Shown: positions 36,708-49,221, counted from the first letter of the stretch. The stretch is 64,000 bases of DNA from Magallana gigas (GCF_963853765.1 NC_088857.1:42036001-42100000); one strand, 5' to 3'. Program-made: numbers and translations. The notes: generated by a model not told the origin, from the letters alone.

Positions 36708-39700
36708 TGCCAGCCTTTACTAAACAATAGGCACAGCCATACATTAAAAGAGCCCGGCTTTCATTACTTCAGTACTTTGATTTAATACTTTATTCTAGAA
36801 TATATATATATGCCTGATTTTTTTTTCATCCCTTTAGCCCTTGTTGTAAGCGGGAGATTTTTGGACTGGGCGGTATTCAAAAAATGTTTTAAATAGCTGT
36901 GTTTTTTTTGAAAAAGTATTTCATTTAAACCATGTCTGAGCGAATTTAGTGTAGAAGGGCAAAAAAATGTTTTAAATAGCTGTGTTTTTTTTGAAAAAGT
37001 ATTTCATTTAAACCATGTCTGAGCGAATTTAGTGTAGAAGGGCAAAAAAATGTACCTGGTACATTTATCCTAATGTCTATAAATTACATCTTCCCAAGTC
37101 AAGGGTTTCTGAATTAATGAAATATATTGTTGAAATACCTTATTCGCCTAAGTGGGCAGCATAAAAATCATTAATACTTATTAGTCTATTGTTTTTCTTC
37201 AGACTGAAATGTCGAACTTCCATTGGTTTAAACATGGCATGTGACTGACGGATATATTTCTATGTCTGGCTGATTGGATTTATTTTCGGCAATATGGCCC
37301 ATGCTTCGCCTACTTATCTCAACATTTCATAATATATTGTATTTAATACAGAAACCTTGTTTTGTAAGTTTTTAAAATATTTGGAGTACGGTAATTGCCC
37401 TCTGAAATTTTATTTAAATTAGAGTACTGTGAATTCCTAATTAGACGCGAGTAATTTATCCGTATAAAATCGCGTGAAGCACCCGTCGTGAATTTTAAAA
37501 TCTCGCCTTTATTTTCTGAGAGTTGGGAACTATAATAAATATGGATAAACCTTCCGTGTTAGCGATTTTATATTCTCGCAATTTTATACAAAACAGCGTG
37601 ATCGCGGAATTAAGAACTCGCGTAATATAAGGAATTTACAGTAGTTACCCTTTGAAATTACCTCACTTTGTTGTATCTATAGCAGAATAAAATAAAATGG
37701 AAGCGTCGAGATTTGCTAAAACCTCTGCAGAGGAAAGAGAGAAAACATATAAGTTCTGCTCCCTGACATATGTACGCTACATGTATTGTAGTCTAATTAC
37801 ATGCATCAATGCTTGCCCAAATGTACTTTCCTTTTTTCAACCAAATAATCGGTGAATCTGTAATTATGCAATATGCAGCTACCCTGATTACTCAAACAAT
37901 AAATACACAATCTGCACAATGTCACAGAATTTCACAGAGGAATTTCACAGTTGATATTACCCAGGCTTAGAATTTCCCTGATATCAGCATGTAGTTTTAA
38001 CATGCATGCAAACATGCATCAGGCTAATTTTCTTGTGACACAGAGATCAGACAATGACTTCCTCTGTGAAACATTAAGTTTGATTAACATAAAGGTAATT
38101 TTTAAACCTTTTTTTCAGACTATGACACTACAAAGTTTACCTAGGAATTGATCCAAATACTTAATGTTCATTCTGCTGTGAATAACACGTTTTGAGAGTG
38201 TCAAGTCAAAAAACAGTTTTCAGACAAACCCAGAGCTTGCATATATACATCATATCCTGGATAACTAAGGTGTTACTAAATTTAAAAAAATATACAAGGG
38301 GACATTTCTATGTTCAATTGGAAATCCCATTACATTATCAAACCTTTTATATACAGATAAATTATTCTTCCTCCTTTTTTTTTTTAATGCAACTCAAATC
38401 ATATAGATATACATGTATGTACATACCAAACTTAGTATATTAGTTTCCATAATGTCTTCTTTTTTTGCATTTACTCTCAATATCTGAAGTTATCATAAAT
38501 ATGTAATATTAAGAACATGTATTTACTTTTGATTTTATCAACAGAGGGTTTTAAATTGTCAGCATGTGGAATTAAATATAGTTTTTGCTAAGTAAATCTT
38601 CTTCAAATACATTTCTAATCAATATTAGAATTAAGTGTCATTTTTTCTTCACAATATCAATTTAAGGTGGTATGGGGCACCTCCATATTGTGACATATTT
38701 CCAGGGTTTTGAAATCACTAATGAAATCATTGGCAAGTATAATTTTAAAAATGTTTTTATTTTCCTATATTTTTACCTAACAGTGGTTTAGAGTTTCATC
38801 TACCAAATGAATCTGAAGGTCATGAGTTTGAATCCTGCTGGGAGTGAATTCTATAACTTTAAACTTTCCAAAAATTTTTAAAACATATATTTTAAGGTCA
38901 AATATTGTAAAATGTGATAATTTTAAAATGGTGAGAGTATTGTGATTTTAATGTACTTTATCTACTTTATTAACAGATATTCCATGTACAGTTGAATTTT
39001 AATATCTCAAACACTAATACATTGAATATAATGAATATGTCAAAGTGATTTGTAAGTCCCAACCACTTATTTTAAAAGTATTTTACCCTTGATATCTCGA
39101 ATACTCAGATATCGAAGTTTTTAAACGGCCCCATCTAGTTTAAGAAAACAAAGGTTGACTGTACTACCTTAATTCATAGGGATACTAAAATAAGATCATA
39201 GGGATTACAGTCTGATTAAAACAACCCCCATTCTCCTGACTGTAGAGATTCATGACTGGTAAATGAAGTGGACATAATTTTGGAATATTGTAACTGTGTG
39301 ATATTCTTTGACAAATCTACCTTTTTCTTAACAATTAAAGTTATTCCTAAAGTAACATTAAAAAACTCCTTGACTATGCACTGATAGTCATTTACACAAC
39401 CGTGCTGTACCTAACATATTTTGCATTGACTTTGGTTTGTTGAAGCCTGGATTCAAACCCGCAACCTAGCGATAATAAAATTAAGAGTAATATCATTGAG
39501 CTACATTATTTATAAAGGGAGAATACTCAAAATAGATACATTAATTTGAATAGCTTATCCGCACAGAATATCGGATTGGTTTTATTTTGTTTTATCCTGC
39601 AACTACCCCTTGCATTGACCGAATAAAGATAACCCAATAAACCAAAGCTATATTCGGTCAATGCCCCAATATAGCCTTGTGCATTTAACCGACGTTCAAA

Positions 39701-42700
39701 TGCATTGAGACGTCATCTTTCTTGTTTCGTTTACACAATGGCATCATGGTCTCAACTGCAGATAAGCAGCGAAATTTGTCAAAAAAAAGCAAGCAAGAGG
39801 TGGAAAATGTGATACTATATCTTGCAGGATAAACAAAATACATGATCATAACTGTCTTGAAATATAAGCAATATTTGGGCTCGGGTCAAAAACGTGAAAA
39901 AGGCTTGGCAAGCCTCGTCCTCTGCCGCGTTTTCTTACCCTCGCCCAAATATAGCTTATTTTTCAAGACAGTAACCATTTAATTTTTATTTCTTCCCTGT
40001 GCTTAACTATTGTTATATTTTTATTGACTCATATTCTGCAGTTTTTTATAGCTATCAATTAGGAGTTAGGTTTGCAAAATTTTTTAATAATTTAAATTGG
40101 TTCATCAGTTGAATGTTATGTTTCCAATTAATTCTGTTTAAATATAAATGTACACCTGTGTGAATTGATATATCTTTTGATCAAAGCAAGCTGGTCCTGG
40201 TATATTTGCACTTTGAAAGATAATTAAATGACAGATGAGAATTTGGAAAAACCTTAGGTAAATTTGTGATTGTGCACCAATTGTCACCTATGTTAATGCA
40301 TATATTATTCATTTTTTATTTATATATTACCAGTATTTCTTCTTTGTTGTGCTTGATTTGTACAAGTATATAAAGTCTATAATTTGTCAAATATATAAAT
40401 ATAGTTAAAAAGATAACATTTAAAATTATATCTTTTTTCCATTTGATCTGATACATGCATCTCAATTGTTGCCCTGTCATAACTTTATTCTTCATCATTT
40501 CACCGAAACTTGGTTCATTCATTCATTATTTCATTTATTCATTAATATTCCAAATATGTTACTGTCTCGAGGGATAATAAACTTGATATGTAGTCCTTAT
40601 AGCCAAATGTGTATAATTATACTAGTATTTGAGGCATTTGATTTGGATTTTGTCATTTCAGCACATTATTACTGCGGCCAGCCATACACACAGACCCTCA
40701 TTGATTAGCAGAATATCAAGGATTCTTTTTCATTAGAGCTTTTTTAAAAAGCGTGTCATCTTAAAAACCGTCACAACTCCAAACTGATATAAATTATCAA
40801 AGAAATTTCAATTCTATTTTAGGCATAGCAAATGATTAGTCTGCATTACTCAGCATACCATGCATTTAGCATTTTTTCAGAAGGTGTTTAACATATTGTT
40901 ATCAAATGCAATTGTGACAAGTGTATCATTTTTCATATGTCTAAAGTATGTAAACAATGTAAATAATTGACAATGCCTATTTCCAGACTACATGAAAATG
41001 GATCCAAATCACACCCTATACCCAGTAATTTGTTAAATCTACCCTTAATATAATATGAATTCAGCATGCACTTTTTCCCAACCTCACTAAAATATAAAAA
41101 TATTTCCTACATGTGTTCCCTTAGAGTCAATTAACAGTAAGAAGTAGTTAAGCTAATCCAAGCCAGCCATATTTTGAAAAGTCAATGTAAGAGATGTTTT
41201 TGGTTGAATAAAACCAGCATTACATTATCTACACTTTGCATTTGTTTGAGTACACGGACACAGTGACATTTCATTTAATGGCACTTTCTGTCATTATTTT
41301 CTGGCACATTATAGGGATTGAAAAAAAAATACTGCTTTTAAAAGATAGCTATGCTGCAGATTTATGAAAAATAAATAAATAAACAAATAGCAAATGCAGG
41401 TAAATAAATGGAAATAAATACTTAAAGCTATGAGAAGCATCTAGCTAAAATCTGTAGGGATGAATTCAAATGCAACATTCCTAGATTGTTTTGATCATTA
41501 TTCAACCTTAGTCTTTACCAAGTCACTGTTTACCTTACTTTTTGATGATTTTAAACCAAAATTATTTGAAAGTCGCTGAGAACACCTCACCTCATTTTTC
41601 AAGTATTTTGCAATATGCAAAATTCCCACGGACTTTTTAGATTATTTGTTTTGTATTGAAATCTGGCAATTATTAAGCTAGCTAAATAGATTAATATATC
41701 TTGGTGCATGTGCAGTGCATTAATATATACTGGTGCATGTGTGGCATTAATAAATATTGGTGCAGACTGAAAGTATAATTTATTCAAATGTTGCACTGAG
41801 CACTTTAGTGTAGATACATGTAACTCTGTTTATCTGTGAATATCTGCAGATGAATACTGCATGTACATGATTGTTTGTTAAAACCCTTTTTTCTCAAACA
41901 TTTTAGAGAAATGGTTACTCAGCAAGAATTTCCCAATTAGACATTGACAAAAGTGGGGAAATAACTTGGACAGAAAAACATGTCATAAGAAAAGATTATC
42001 TCCCTGCGAACAGGGCCTGACCATTCGAACAAAGTTAAATCCCTATCATTAATAAATCATGCTTAACACGTAAATCTGTTTTGGTTGAAAATAACCTGCT
42101 GGTTTTAATAAAGGAAAAATAAGGCAGATTACCAGGTATACTCTGTCCCAAGTTTTTGCTTCCACAGCTTTTTGATTGATATTTCAATAATAGTAAATAC
42201 CTTTGTGCTCAAACTATGTTCATCCACTAATATGAAAAAAGTCTAGATTATCTGTTTTAAAACGCCCCCTCTACTGCTTCAGGTTTCAATACACATTCCA
42301 AAATTGAAAGTCTACGGAGATTTTGCATTGCATCAGCCATTAATAAGCCCGGATGATAACGTTAAAAAATTGTGCGATGTATTCCGAGTGTATTCCGAAT
42401 GGAGAAAAGATGTAAACATTTCCCATTATAAATCTCCGTAAGAAAATTGTTTTTGTTCCTGTGAACTTTTATGAGTGAAAAGGATAATTGTTCAATGAAG
42501 ATATCTTGGATATATTCCCTTTCATCGATTTCAATTGTATTTATTTCACAGGTATGTGTATTTTAATTAAAAATCATCAAAAATTGATGGAAGCAATAAC
42601 TTGGGACAGACCATAGTAGACCCCATTGATCAGAGAAGCTCACAAGCTTACAGCTCAGGTGAGCTAAAAAGAGGATGTTTATAACCTTTTTTTCTATAAG

Positions 42701-43246
42701 AGAACAATCTTAAGAATTAAGAAATTTGAGATATGAAGGTTAACTGAAGGAACTGTTGTCATGATTACACAAAATTTCACATGACAACCTAGATTTAATT
42801 AATTATAGTGTAAAATAATAGTACTGCATTTAGTATGTCCCATAATCCAGCATCAATCACATTATTTAATATATCAAAATTGTAAAATATGTCTCTGCCA
42901 TGATGAAAAAAAAATAACACTAAAATATGTTATAACGTTACAGCTGTTATATCTCAACTGTAGTGTATCATGCTGTACAATGTACATGTATCCTGTCAAT
43001 GAACATGGTGAATACTCACTGTTCTACATGCTGTAGAGCTTCGTGTACAATACTGCTGATGAAGCGAACATGGAATCGATGGACTTGGTTGGCAGGATTG
43101 AGGATCGACGAGGAAATTCGACTGTAATAATGGGCTGGTGTTCTTCTACATAAGGAGGGAACCGCATGGAACAACCTCTCAAAGTTTGTTCCTGAAATTG
43201 TCAGACTTCTGTGTAATAATTTTAAGTCACGAAGGTATTTATACAT
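25409..43246 (-). CDS. GLS: Glutaminase, kidney-type (KGA-like, C-terminal ankyrin repeats), 15 exons, 611 aa
   Basis: Exons: 43020-43246, 35389-35485, 34462-34616, 34042-34171, 33607-33686, 31675-31841, 31325-31416, 29811-29869, 28032-28098, 27701-27751, 27309-27485, 26892-27023, 26390-26544, 26055-26195, 25409-25514. Phase-consistent (1836 nt). Arg/Ser/Leu-rich mitochondrial presequence; DPRLKECM; VASYIPQLA; catalytic LQSCSKP; [12 protein letters not shown]; [13 protein letters not shown]; [11 protein letters not shown]; ankyrin [15 protein letters not shown] and [11 protein letters not shown]. Confidence 0.97.
25750..25781. repeat. Poly-G homopolymer (~32 nt) in the last GLS intron
   Basis: Direct reading of the sequence. 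Confidence 0.9.
28140..28278. other. Assembly gap (139 N) in GLS intron 8
   Basis: N run. Flanking exons 29811-29869 and 28032-28098 join in phase, so no coding sequence appears to be missing. Confidence 0.99.
28410..28795. mobile_element. Hairpin-bearing non-autonomous element (Crypton-like), copy 1
   Basis: Long imperfect palindrome at 28422-28547, followed by ~250 bp homologous to 29540-29760 (TATACTGAATGTCTTAATTT...AACCAATCA.ATTTCAGTATTTAAC). Family assignment is inferred from the hairpin architecture. Confidence 0.6.
28873..29073. mobile_element. ~200-bp TA-flanked MITE
   Basis: TA|CTGTGGAATCATT ... AATGATTCCACAG|TA, perfect terminal inverted repeat. Confidence 0.8.
29398..29760. mobile_element. 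Hairpin-bearing non-autonomous element (Crypton-like), copy 2
   Basis: 143-nt palindrome at 29398-29540: 65-nt arms with 3 mismatches and a 13-nt loop GACGCGAAGCGGA. Shares its tail with copy 1. Confidence 0.65.
30011..31112 (+). mobile_element. Helentron-associated non-autonomous element (HINE) carrying about 4 satellite monomers, GLS intron 7
   Basis: 5' end AATGAGAGGTCCAGGAGTCACATCACACTCACC. Tandem ~150-165-bp units start near 30165, 30411, 30563 and 30712 (core GTGGCCCC..CCCCGGGGAT.ATGATTT.AACAAA.TTGAATCTACACTA). (ACA)n/GACA tract, then terminal hairpin TCACCTGAGCCTTTGGCTCAGGTGA (31082-31106) before a T run. Confidence 0.8.
33821..33878. repeat. (GA)n microsatellite, about 29 units
   Basis: Direct reading; GLS intron 4. 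Confidence 0.95.
36665..36704. repeat. (AG)n microsatellite, about 20 units
   Basis: Direct reading; GLS intron 1. Confidence 0.9.
36878..37053. repeat. Near-perfect 82/83-bp tandem duplication
   Basis: CAAAAAA(A)TGTTTTAAATAGCTG...GTGTAGAAGGG occurs twice (36878-36959, 36960-37042), followed by a terminal CAAAAAAATGT. Confidence 0.9.
37425..37643. mobile_element. ~220-bp TA-flanked MITE
   Basis: TACTGTGAATTCCT ... AGGAATTTACAGTA termini. Confidence 0.7.
38666..39168. mobile_element. Kolobok-like element (TTAA TSD) with a nested MITE
   Basis: TTAA|GGTGGTATGGGGCACCT ... CAGATATTCCATG-TA-[insert]-TA-CTACC|TTAA. TSDs at 38662-38665 and 39169-39172. Confidence 0.75.
38989..39161. mobile_element. 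173-bp Tc1/mariner-type MITE inserted in the right TIR of the Kolobok-like element
   Basis: TA|CAGTTGA ... TTGACTG|TA. TA at 38987-38988 and 39162-39163. Confidence 0.7.
39590..39975. mobile_element. Hairpin-rich non-autonomous element (Crypton-like)
   Basis: Inverted pairs TTTATCCTGCAA/TTGCAGGATAAA, GCATTGACCGAATA/TATTCGGTCAATGC, and CTGTCTTGAAA..ATAAGC.ATATTTGGGC / GCCCAAATAT.GCTTAT..TTTCAAGACAG. Confidence 0.5.
42139..42612. mobile_element. ~475-bp TA-flanked MITE, GLS intron 1
   Basis: TA|TACTCTGTCCCAAGTTTTTGCTTCC ... GGAAGCAATAACTTGGGACAGACCA|TA. Followed by a HINE 3'-end fragment (GCTCAGGTGAGCTAAAAA, ~42655-42670). Confidence 0.8.
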
Positions 43247-44479
43247 CGGGATACCGCGAAGACGAGCAGTCGGCTAATACCGTGAAAAACAAAAATGTCT
43301 GTGTACAACGAAACGCGTCAACAAAAGAAAAGCAACCCTTTTCTAGAGCTCTTTCTTATCATAACACGTAACGTTATGTATTAAAATCCAAACTCCTACA
43401 AATAGCTTACACTCCTTTTTCTCTGAAAAGACCCTAAATTACTGTTACATGCTAAGTCGGACTCCAATGTCAACATAAACTCGATGAGTATTAAATATCC
43501 GGAGGTGTGTATACATTGCAGGATTGTGATTGGCTAAAATACCAGGAAAGATAACTCTACACATCAAGTTGGAAGGGGGGGGGGTATATTATTTCTTCTA
43601 CCCTTTCGCGTATGTGTATACCGGGTTATCAAGTTATTTTCACTTTCTCGATTACGATATTAAAGCTGAATTTCCTGTATGTTTTGTTTGCATATTCCTT
43701 TATCTATGCCCTAGAATATCAAACCATTAAGTCTATTATAACAAATCAATTAAGGAACATTAGACATTGTGTCAAAAGAATCTGGGGGAATAAGCCGTTG
43801 CAAATGCACACGACCTTCTCATACCTCTAATAAGAAGTAATAAACGTACGAGTTAACTGGGCATTTAAACGGTGGACAGTATTGTCCAAATGAAAATGTC
43901 CAAAAAGGCGTAACTGTGCTTAAATTTTATAGTATTTACATATACTTTAAACTGGCAAATTTGAAATGACAATCACGTACTCATTTAAAGAGTTTAAATA
44001 CAAAAATGTTGATTACTTTCTAAAAATATTTTATTTACTAATTTACCTCAGTCATCATAAACAACCCCTAACGCAGGGGAGCCGACAAAGAGTATGGGGG
44101 AGTCGATTCCACCATTTGTAGTAGTCGATTTTTTCCGCTTCGGAAACAGGAGGAATTTAGGTAACACCTTTTGTAGGTATGTAGGCTAGACTTGTACAAA
44201 ATATTGACAAGCAAAAAAAGGTCTTTGGTATGTATAAATTTTGCAAAAAAAAGTTAGCGTCCCCCCCCCCCCCGGTTCCGGCGCCTATGATATATACCAC
44301 ACGGAAGACAGCGGTAGTCAAACCTCTAACGTATAACAAAGGGACTTGTTATTCGTCACTGGTCATACTTTGTGTTGGTCATTGGTCCGAGTGGTCTATG
44401 TGTCTTCTGGTACAACTACTATGCTTTTTCTTTCACAACAAAACACGCATTTGTAATGTGATTTTCCTACTGATACAAT

Positions 44480-44562
44480 TGTGGCGGCCGCCAGAAAATT
44501 ATGTGGCAGCTGCCAGATAATAAGTGGCGGCCGCCAAATAATTATCTGGCGGCCGCCAGATA
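44480..44562. repeat. Four ~23-bp tandem units containing the palindrome TGGCGGCCGCCA
   Basis: GTGGCGGCCGCCAGAAAATTAT-type units (one variant TGGCAGCTGCCA). Probably the internal repeat of a decayed DNA element. Confidence 0.75.
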
Positions 44563-47500
44563 AAATATTTTTCTACGTGGCACCAACGGGCTTACGTACG
44601 TTTGACTTAGCTTCTATTCTGCATTTTGAGCACAACGCTTTTGTCCATTTATCTTGCCGTTTAATAGTTTCTTGCATGCACAACAACCATCTGTTTACAA
44701 TATGAAATCGTGCAATCTTAAAGAGAATAACATACATTTCATATTTTATAAAAGTAGTAGAAAACGCATATCAAATAATTTCAAGTTATTATTAGCAAAT
44801 TTTTAATTATTAAGAAAAGAAAAGAAAAATACATTTTAACAATGTATATTATTAAGTATAAAAAGAAAATTACATTTTAACAATGTAAACAAAAAGATAA
44901 ACAAAAAAAAAACCGCGTATGATTCGAACACCCGCTTTTTACACTGACATATGTTCAAAGAACTCCTCGCTTACCACTACACCACCGATTCGCTTGTTTA
45001 GAGGGTATAATATAGCTGATTGTATTGTTATCAGTATTATGCAAACAACTGGACTTAGCCATTTCAAAACCAATCTTAAAAATTAAAAGAAGAAAACTTA
45101 CTTTTTACCATAGAGTGGGTTTTCGTACCATTTTTTGGAAAATCGAAAAAGATAGACGTTAATATGTGTTACTAATCAATATTAATATTCGTTCTTTAAA
45201 AAATTGTACGATGACCCACTCTATGAAAAAATATAATTTGAACATCCGATTCCTATATCATTTTGTTGCCAAATTAGCATATAACTACTTTGTTGTCTTA
45301 AAAACAATTAAATGTGAAGTTACTTTTTGTGGGTTATGGCAGCACTGAATGTATATGTTTACATATGTTTAATAAATGTAACAAAAGTGAAATTTGTTAG
45401 AAAAAAAATGTTAGTTTTTTTAATGGGCCTATGTGGTTTTTTGCCTCGGCTTATTCCACCAGATTCTTTGCTTTCAGAGTTATGGTGTACGATTTCAATG
45501 AAACTTAACCTACACGTATAGCTTTATAGCTCGACACCACATAATTGTCAATTGACACTGGATGCAAAATTGTTGTGCAATTTCTACCGTGAGGAAAATC
45601 GGCTAATTGATTTTACTTAGCAAGAAACCAATATTATGTACATTTTAGTGACCCTTGGCCCAATAAGAAAACTACAGAAATGATTCAATGTTTATTTATG
45701 TAATATGATTATGATCAAACAGTTTTCAAGTCTTAAATTAATTAACTATTACATTGTTACAATTCGTCAGTAGCATTACAATTCAAGCACCTCGATACAG
45801 CGTATACTGATTTTTTTTTCAAAACTGCTATGGGATCTCCATACCTATTGCAGGACCGAATGGCCATTCGAGAGATGCTAAGTTCTTCATGTACAGGGAT
45901 TAGAGATCGATTTATTCGGAAAAAATAAGTATTGGGTTTAAGTGGGATATAGAGCTTTCAATTCTTTGTTACGTAAAAAAGGCCCATGCCATGTTTTTGT
46001 TTACATTTAGGTTCTTGAATAGAAAAGTCGCTTTAAAAAATGTAGAAAACCCCAGTTGAAATTCTTAAATTTTTTGCATAGTTCACCAGCATATAGAAAA
46101 AAATATCTGATTTAAACGATTTTACACTATTATACAACGGATGTAAACTTGCAAAACATTACATGAGCTTTATTTACAAAAAAAATAAAAATGCAATGAC
46201 TATATCTCGTTTGTAAATCGACTGCTAACATCCAAATTTCGGTTAAACATTAAAAATATCTTGATAAAGCATTATTAAACAAAAAATTAAGAATTCATCT
46301 AAAGTTCAAATCGTGATGAAATGTGACTAAAAATGTGATTCAGGGTTTTATATAAGAAAATATATTAGGGGTCACAAGAATTACCTCTCGCGTTGCTGCT
46401 AAGGTGAGCAATGTGGCACATGGGCCTCTTCTTTCAATTTTATATCTTTTAGCTAAGAAAATGCTATCCAACCATTTGCATCTTCCTTGTTAGCCCCAGA
46501 AAATCAAGTGTCAGTGATAAATTTAAGTAAAATCCTATTAGAATGGAGTTTAAAAATCTTAAAAATACATTTAAAAAAAAACTACCAATTATTTGTTTTT
46601 ATAATTAAAAAAAATTCTTGTATTATCATGGGAAAAATACGTGCTTAGCCTTACAGTAAATGTCTAAAAAATTAAAATACGAAGGAGAATTATAAAAGTA
46701 GCTAAAATATAACAACCTCGAATCGTTTGCACGCACTTTTTTACACCCGATAACCACACAAGACCAAGAATCGAAAGCAATAAACTGAAAATAACACTAA
46801 GTGTAGTGTATCAATACTTCCAGTTTTTTGTCTTAGTATTTAAATAAAAACACTTCAAATCATACATGCACTTGAAATATACATTTAATCAAAATATGTA
46901 ACAAAAAAAAACCCCACTCACAAGATAAAACGATACCGACTTCCTTGATATTATCGTATTTTTATATTTTTTAAATTGACGTAAACTATAGTTAAATCAA
47001 ACTGTTTCATATCTTATTCTTAACCATTAATGTTAAAAAAATATTCGGATGATAACGGATTTTTTTTAACAAAATGTTGGATATTCAGAGGACATTTAAG
47101 GAAGTCCTATACTCGGCACTAAATGGGCTCAATCATTAAAAACTTAGCTTTAAATGATAATTATACATTCTAGCAATACATATACAAAAGAAAATATGTA
47201 TGTTTACATGCTAGTTTGTTTGTTATCACCTCTCAGACGGGTGTACCCCCTTGCGAAAATCATTTACAATTATGAAATTTGGCAGACGTTCGTTTTTCCT
47301 AAAAATAATTACCAATTTTGGGAAAATTAGAACTGAACATACAAAATAGAGTATAAATATTTATTTAAGCCATATCTCATCAATAATTTTGCGCAAGTTT
47401 TTGTAAGTAAGTACGCTTTATGGACCTGATGTATCAAAAGGGAATACAAAAAATGCAATGCTAGTATCGCGTTTGGTAAATTTTTTTACCATTTTATGGA

Positions 47501-48195
47501 CTCAAACTTAAATTCATGGTGTTTATTCTATAGATTGACATCTTAGAAAAAAGATTTGGTAAAATAAATCATATGTTGACGGATTACTTTTCACGCTATA
47601 AGCTCTAAACCACGAAGACCCTGACGAAAAAATATGTAAAAATCACATTTTGCTACAGTTTTCTGCCTAGATCTGTCAACAATGTCAGATATCATTTAAA
47701 CATTAATTAGTTGACAATTGATTAAATTCGAAATAGCTTCTGTCTCTAAATTTAAACCGGTTTCAGTAAAAGAAAAAGAAAAATTCGGGAGGGGGGGGGG
47801 TCAAAACAAAGAAGATATAAGCATACCTGAGATCCTGGTTAATCAGAAACTTCTTTAACAGAATCGAGTTTCTCAACATTAATCATTTCTATCTCTCATA
47901 GAATACATATATTACCGTTCTAATTGCTTATTATTGCCATTGTTTACAACAGCGATGTAGAGCAAAATCAATACCGGGTATCTAAAAAGCTTTGTAAAAG
48001 TCGAACCAATATTGTAAAATCCGTATTATGACGTAGTGCGATACTCGGACTACTTTAATAAACTCTGCTTCTGATTCAAATACTTGGGTTGACAAATCAA
48101 AACTTTATTTTCTTAAATAATAGTATTAGTAGTATACAACTTCCACTAATAATTTTCTTGACAGAACCGTTCACAGTATTCTTCAGTCATGCAAC

Positions 48196-49200
48196 TATTC
48201 TCTTTTGAGAAGTGGACAGGCATAGCCTACATCCACTTCTCTTCGCAAGCTCTCATGTTTTGATTCTGGAAAATGTGTAAATGTCGGAACCAAAGACGGT
48301 TTACACTTCGAGCCATGTTTCGACTCCAGTTTCACAGAATTTTCGTAAGAGACCTATTATTTCTACATTTTAAACATAAATGCATCCATATATCACAAAC
48401 AAATCACCACTAACCCACTTTCAAACCATTTTCTCAACCTCTACATTCCGGGTTTAAATTATGAGATCACTCGCCTTAGGTGGTGCAAAAAGTAGAAATT
48501 TTAGAGTCGGAAAAAACGGAAAATAGTGTTCCGATTGTAGACTTTAGATTAAAGGTATTTTTCTTAAAATTTACAGAGCTATATAGAACGGTTTTACAAT
48601 TTAAGACAAGTTAACAAAATGCATACGATAAAATAAGTAACTTTGTCACATAAAACAATGAAAACTCTTTATTCTAATCTTTCTTGTATGCTACATTAAT
48701 CAATGTACGTTTTATTCTTAAAAATAGATGTAGAACAAAATTTGTCACCATAAAAGATGGTTAAAAGGGAAGAAATACCACTTTGTAATGATTTGACTCA
48801 TTATTTGTTTGTATGTTGTAAGATTGAATTGATTCAGTTACGTCTTTGACATTATTGTCTTAAATAGGTTTCCAATTTTATCCGAAACATAAACATTTAA
48901 TCTGCGCTGACCTAGATAAACAATGTGATACACAAAATTTAAACCCGGGATGTAGAAGTTGCGAAAATGATTTGAAAGCGGGTTAGTGTTGATTTTTTAT
49001 TGATATATGGATGCATTTATGTTTAAAATGTAGAAATAATAGGTCTCTTACGAAAATTCTGTGAAACTGGAGTCGAAACATGGCTCGAAGTGTAAACCGT
49101 CTTTGGTTCCGACATTTACACGTTTTCCAGAATCAAAACTTGGGAGCTTGCGAAGAGAAGTGGATGTAGGCTATGCCTGTCCACTTCTCAAAATAGAATA
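48196..49200. mobile_element. 1005-bp fold-back / Mutator-like (MULE) non-autonomous DNA transposon
   Basis: Outer TIRs 48196-48395 vs 49001-49200 differ at 4 of 200 positions. Weaker inverted similarity continues to about 48480/48910. Perfect 9-bp TSD TCATGCAAC at 48187-48195 and 49201-49209. Confidence 0.92.
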
Positions 49201-49221
49201 TCATGCAACAGCAACCGGAAT

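Noticed and set aside
37697-37792. [15 protein letters not shown], reminiscent of the start of Crypton-type ORFs
   Set aside because: Only ~30 codons before a stop and no recombinase motifs; at most a TE relic.
44910-44995. tRNA-like B-box sequence (GATTCGAACACCCG)
   Set aside because: No complete cloverleaf; it is embedded in decayed repeat DNA.
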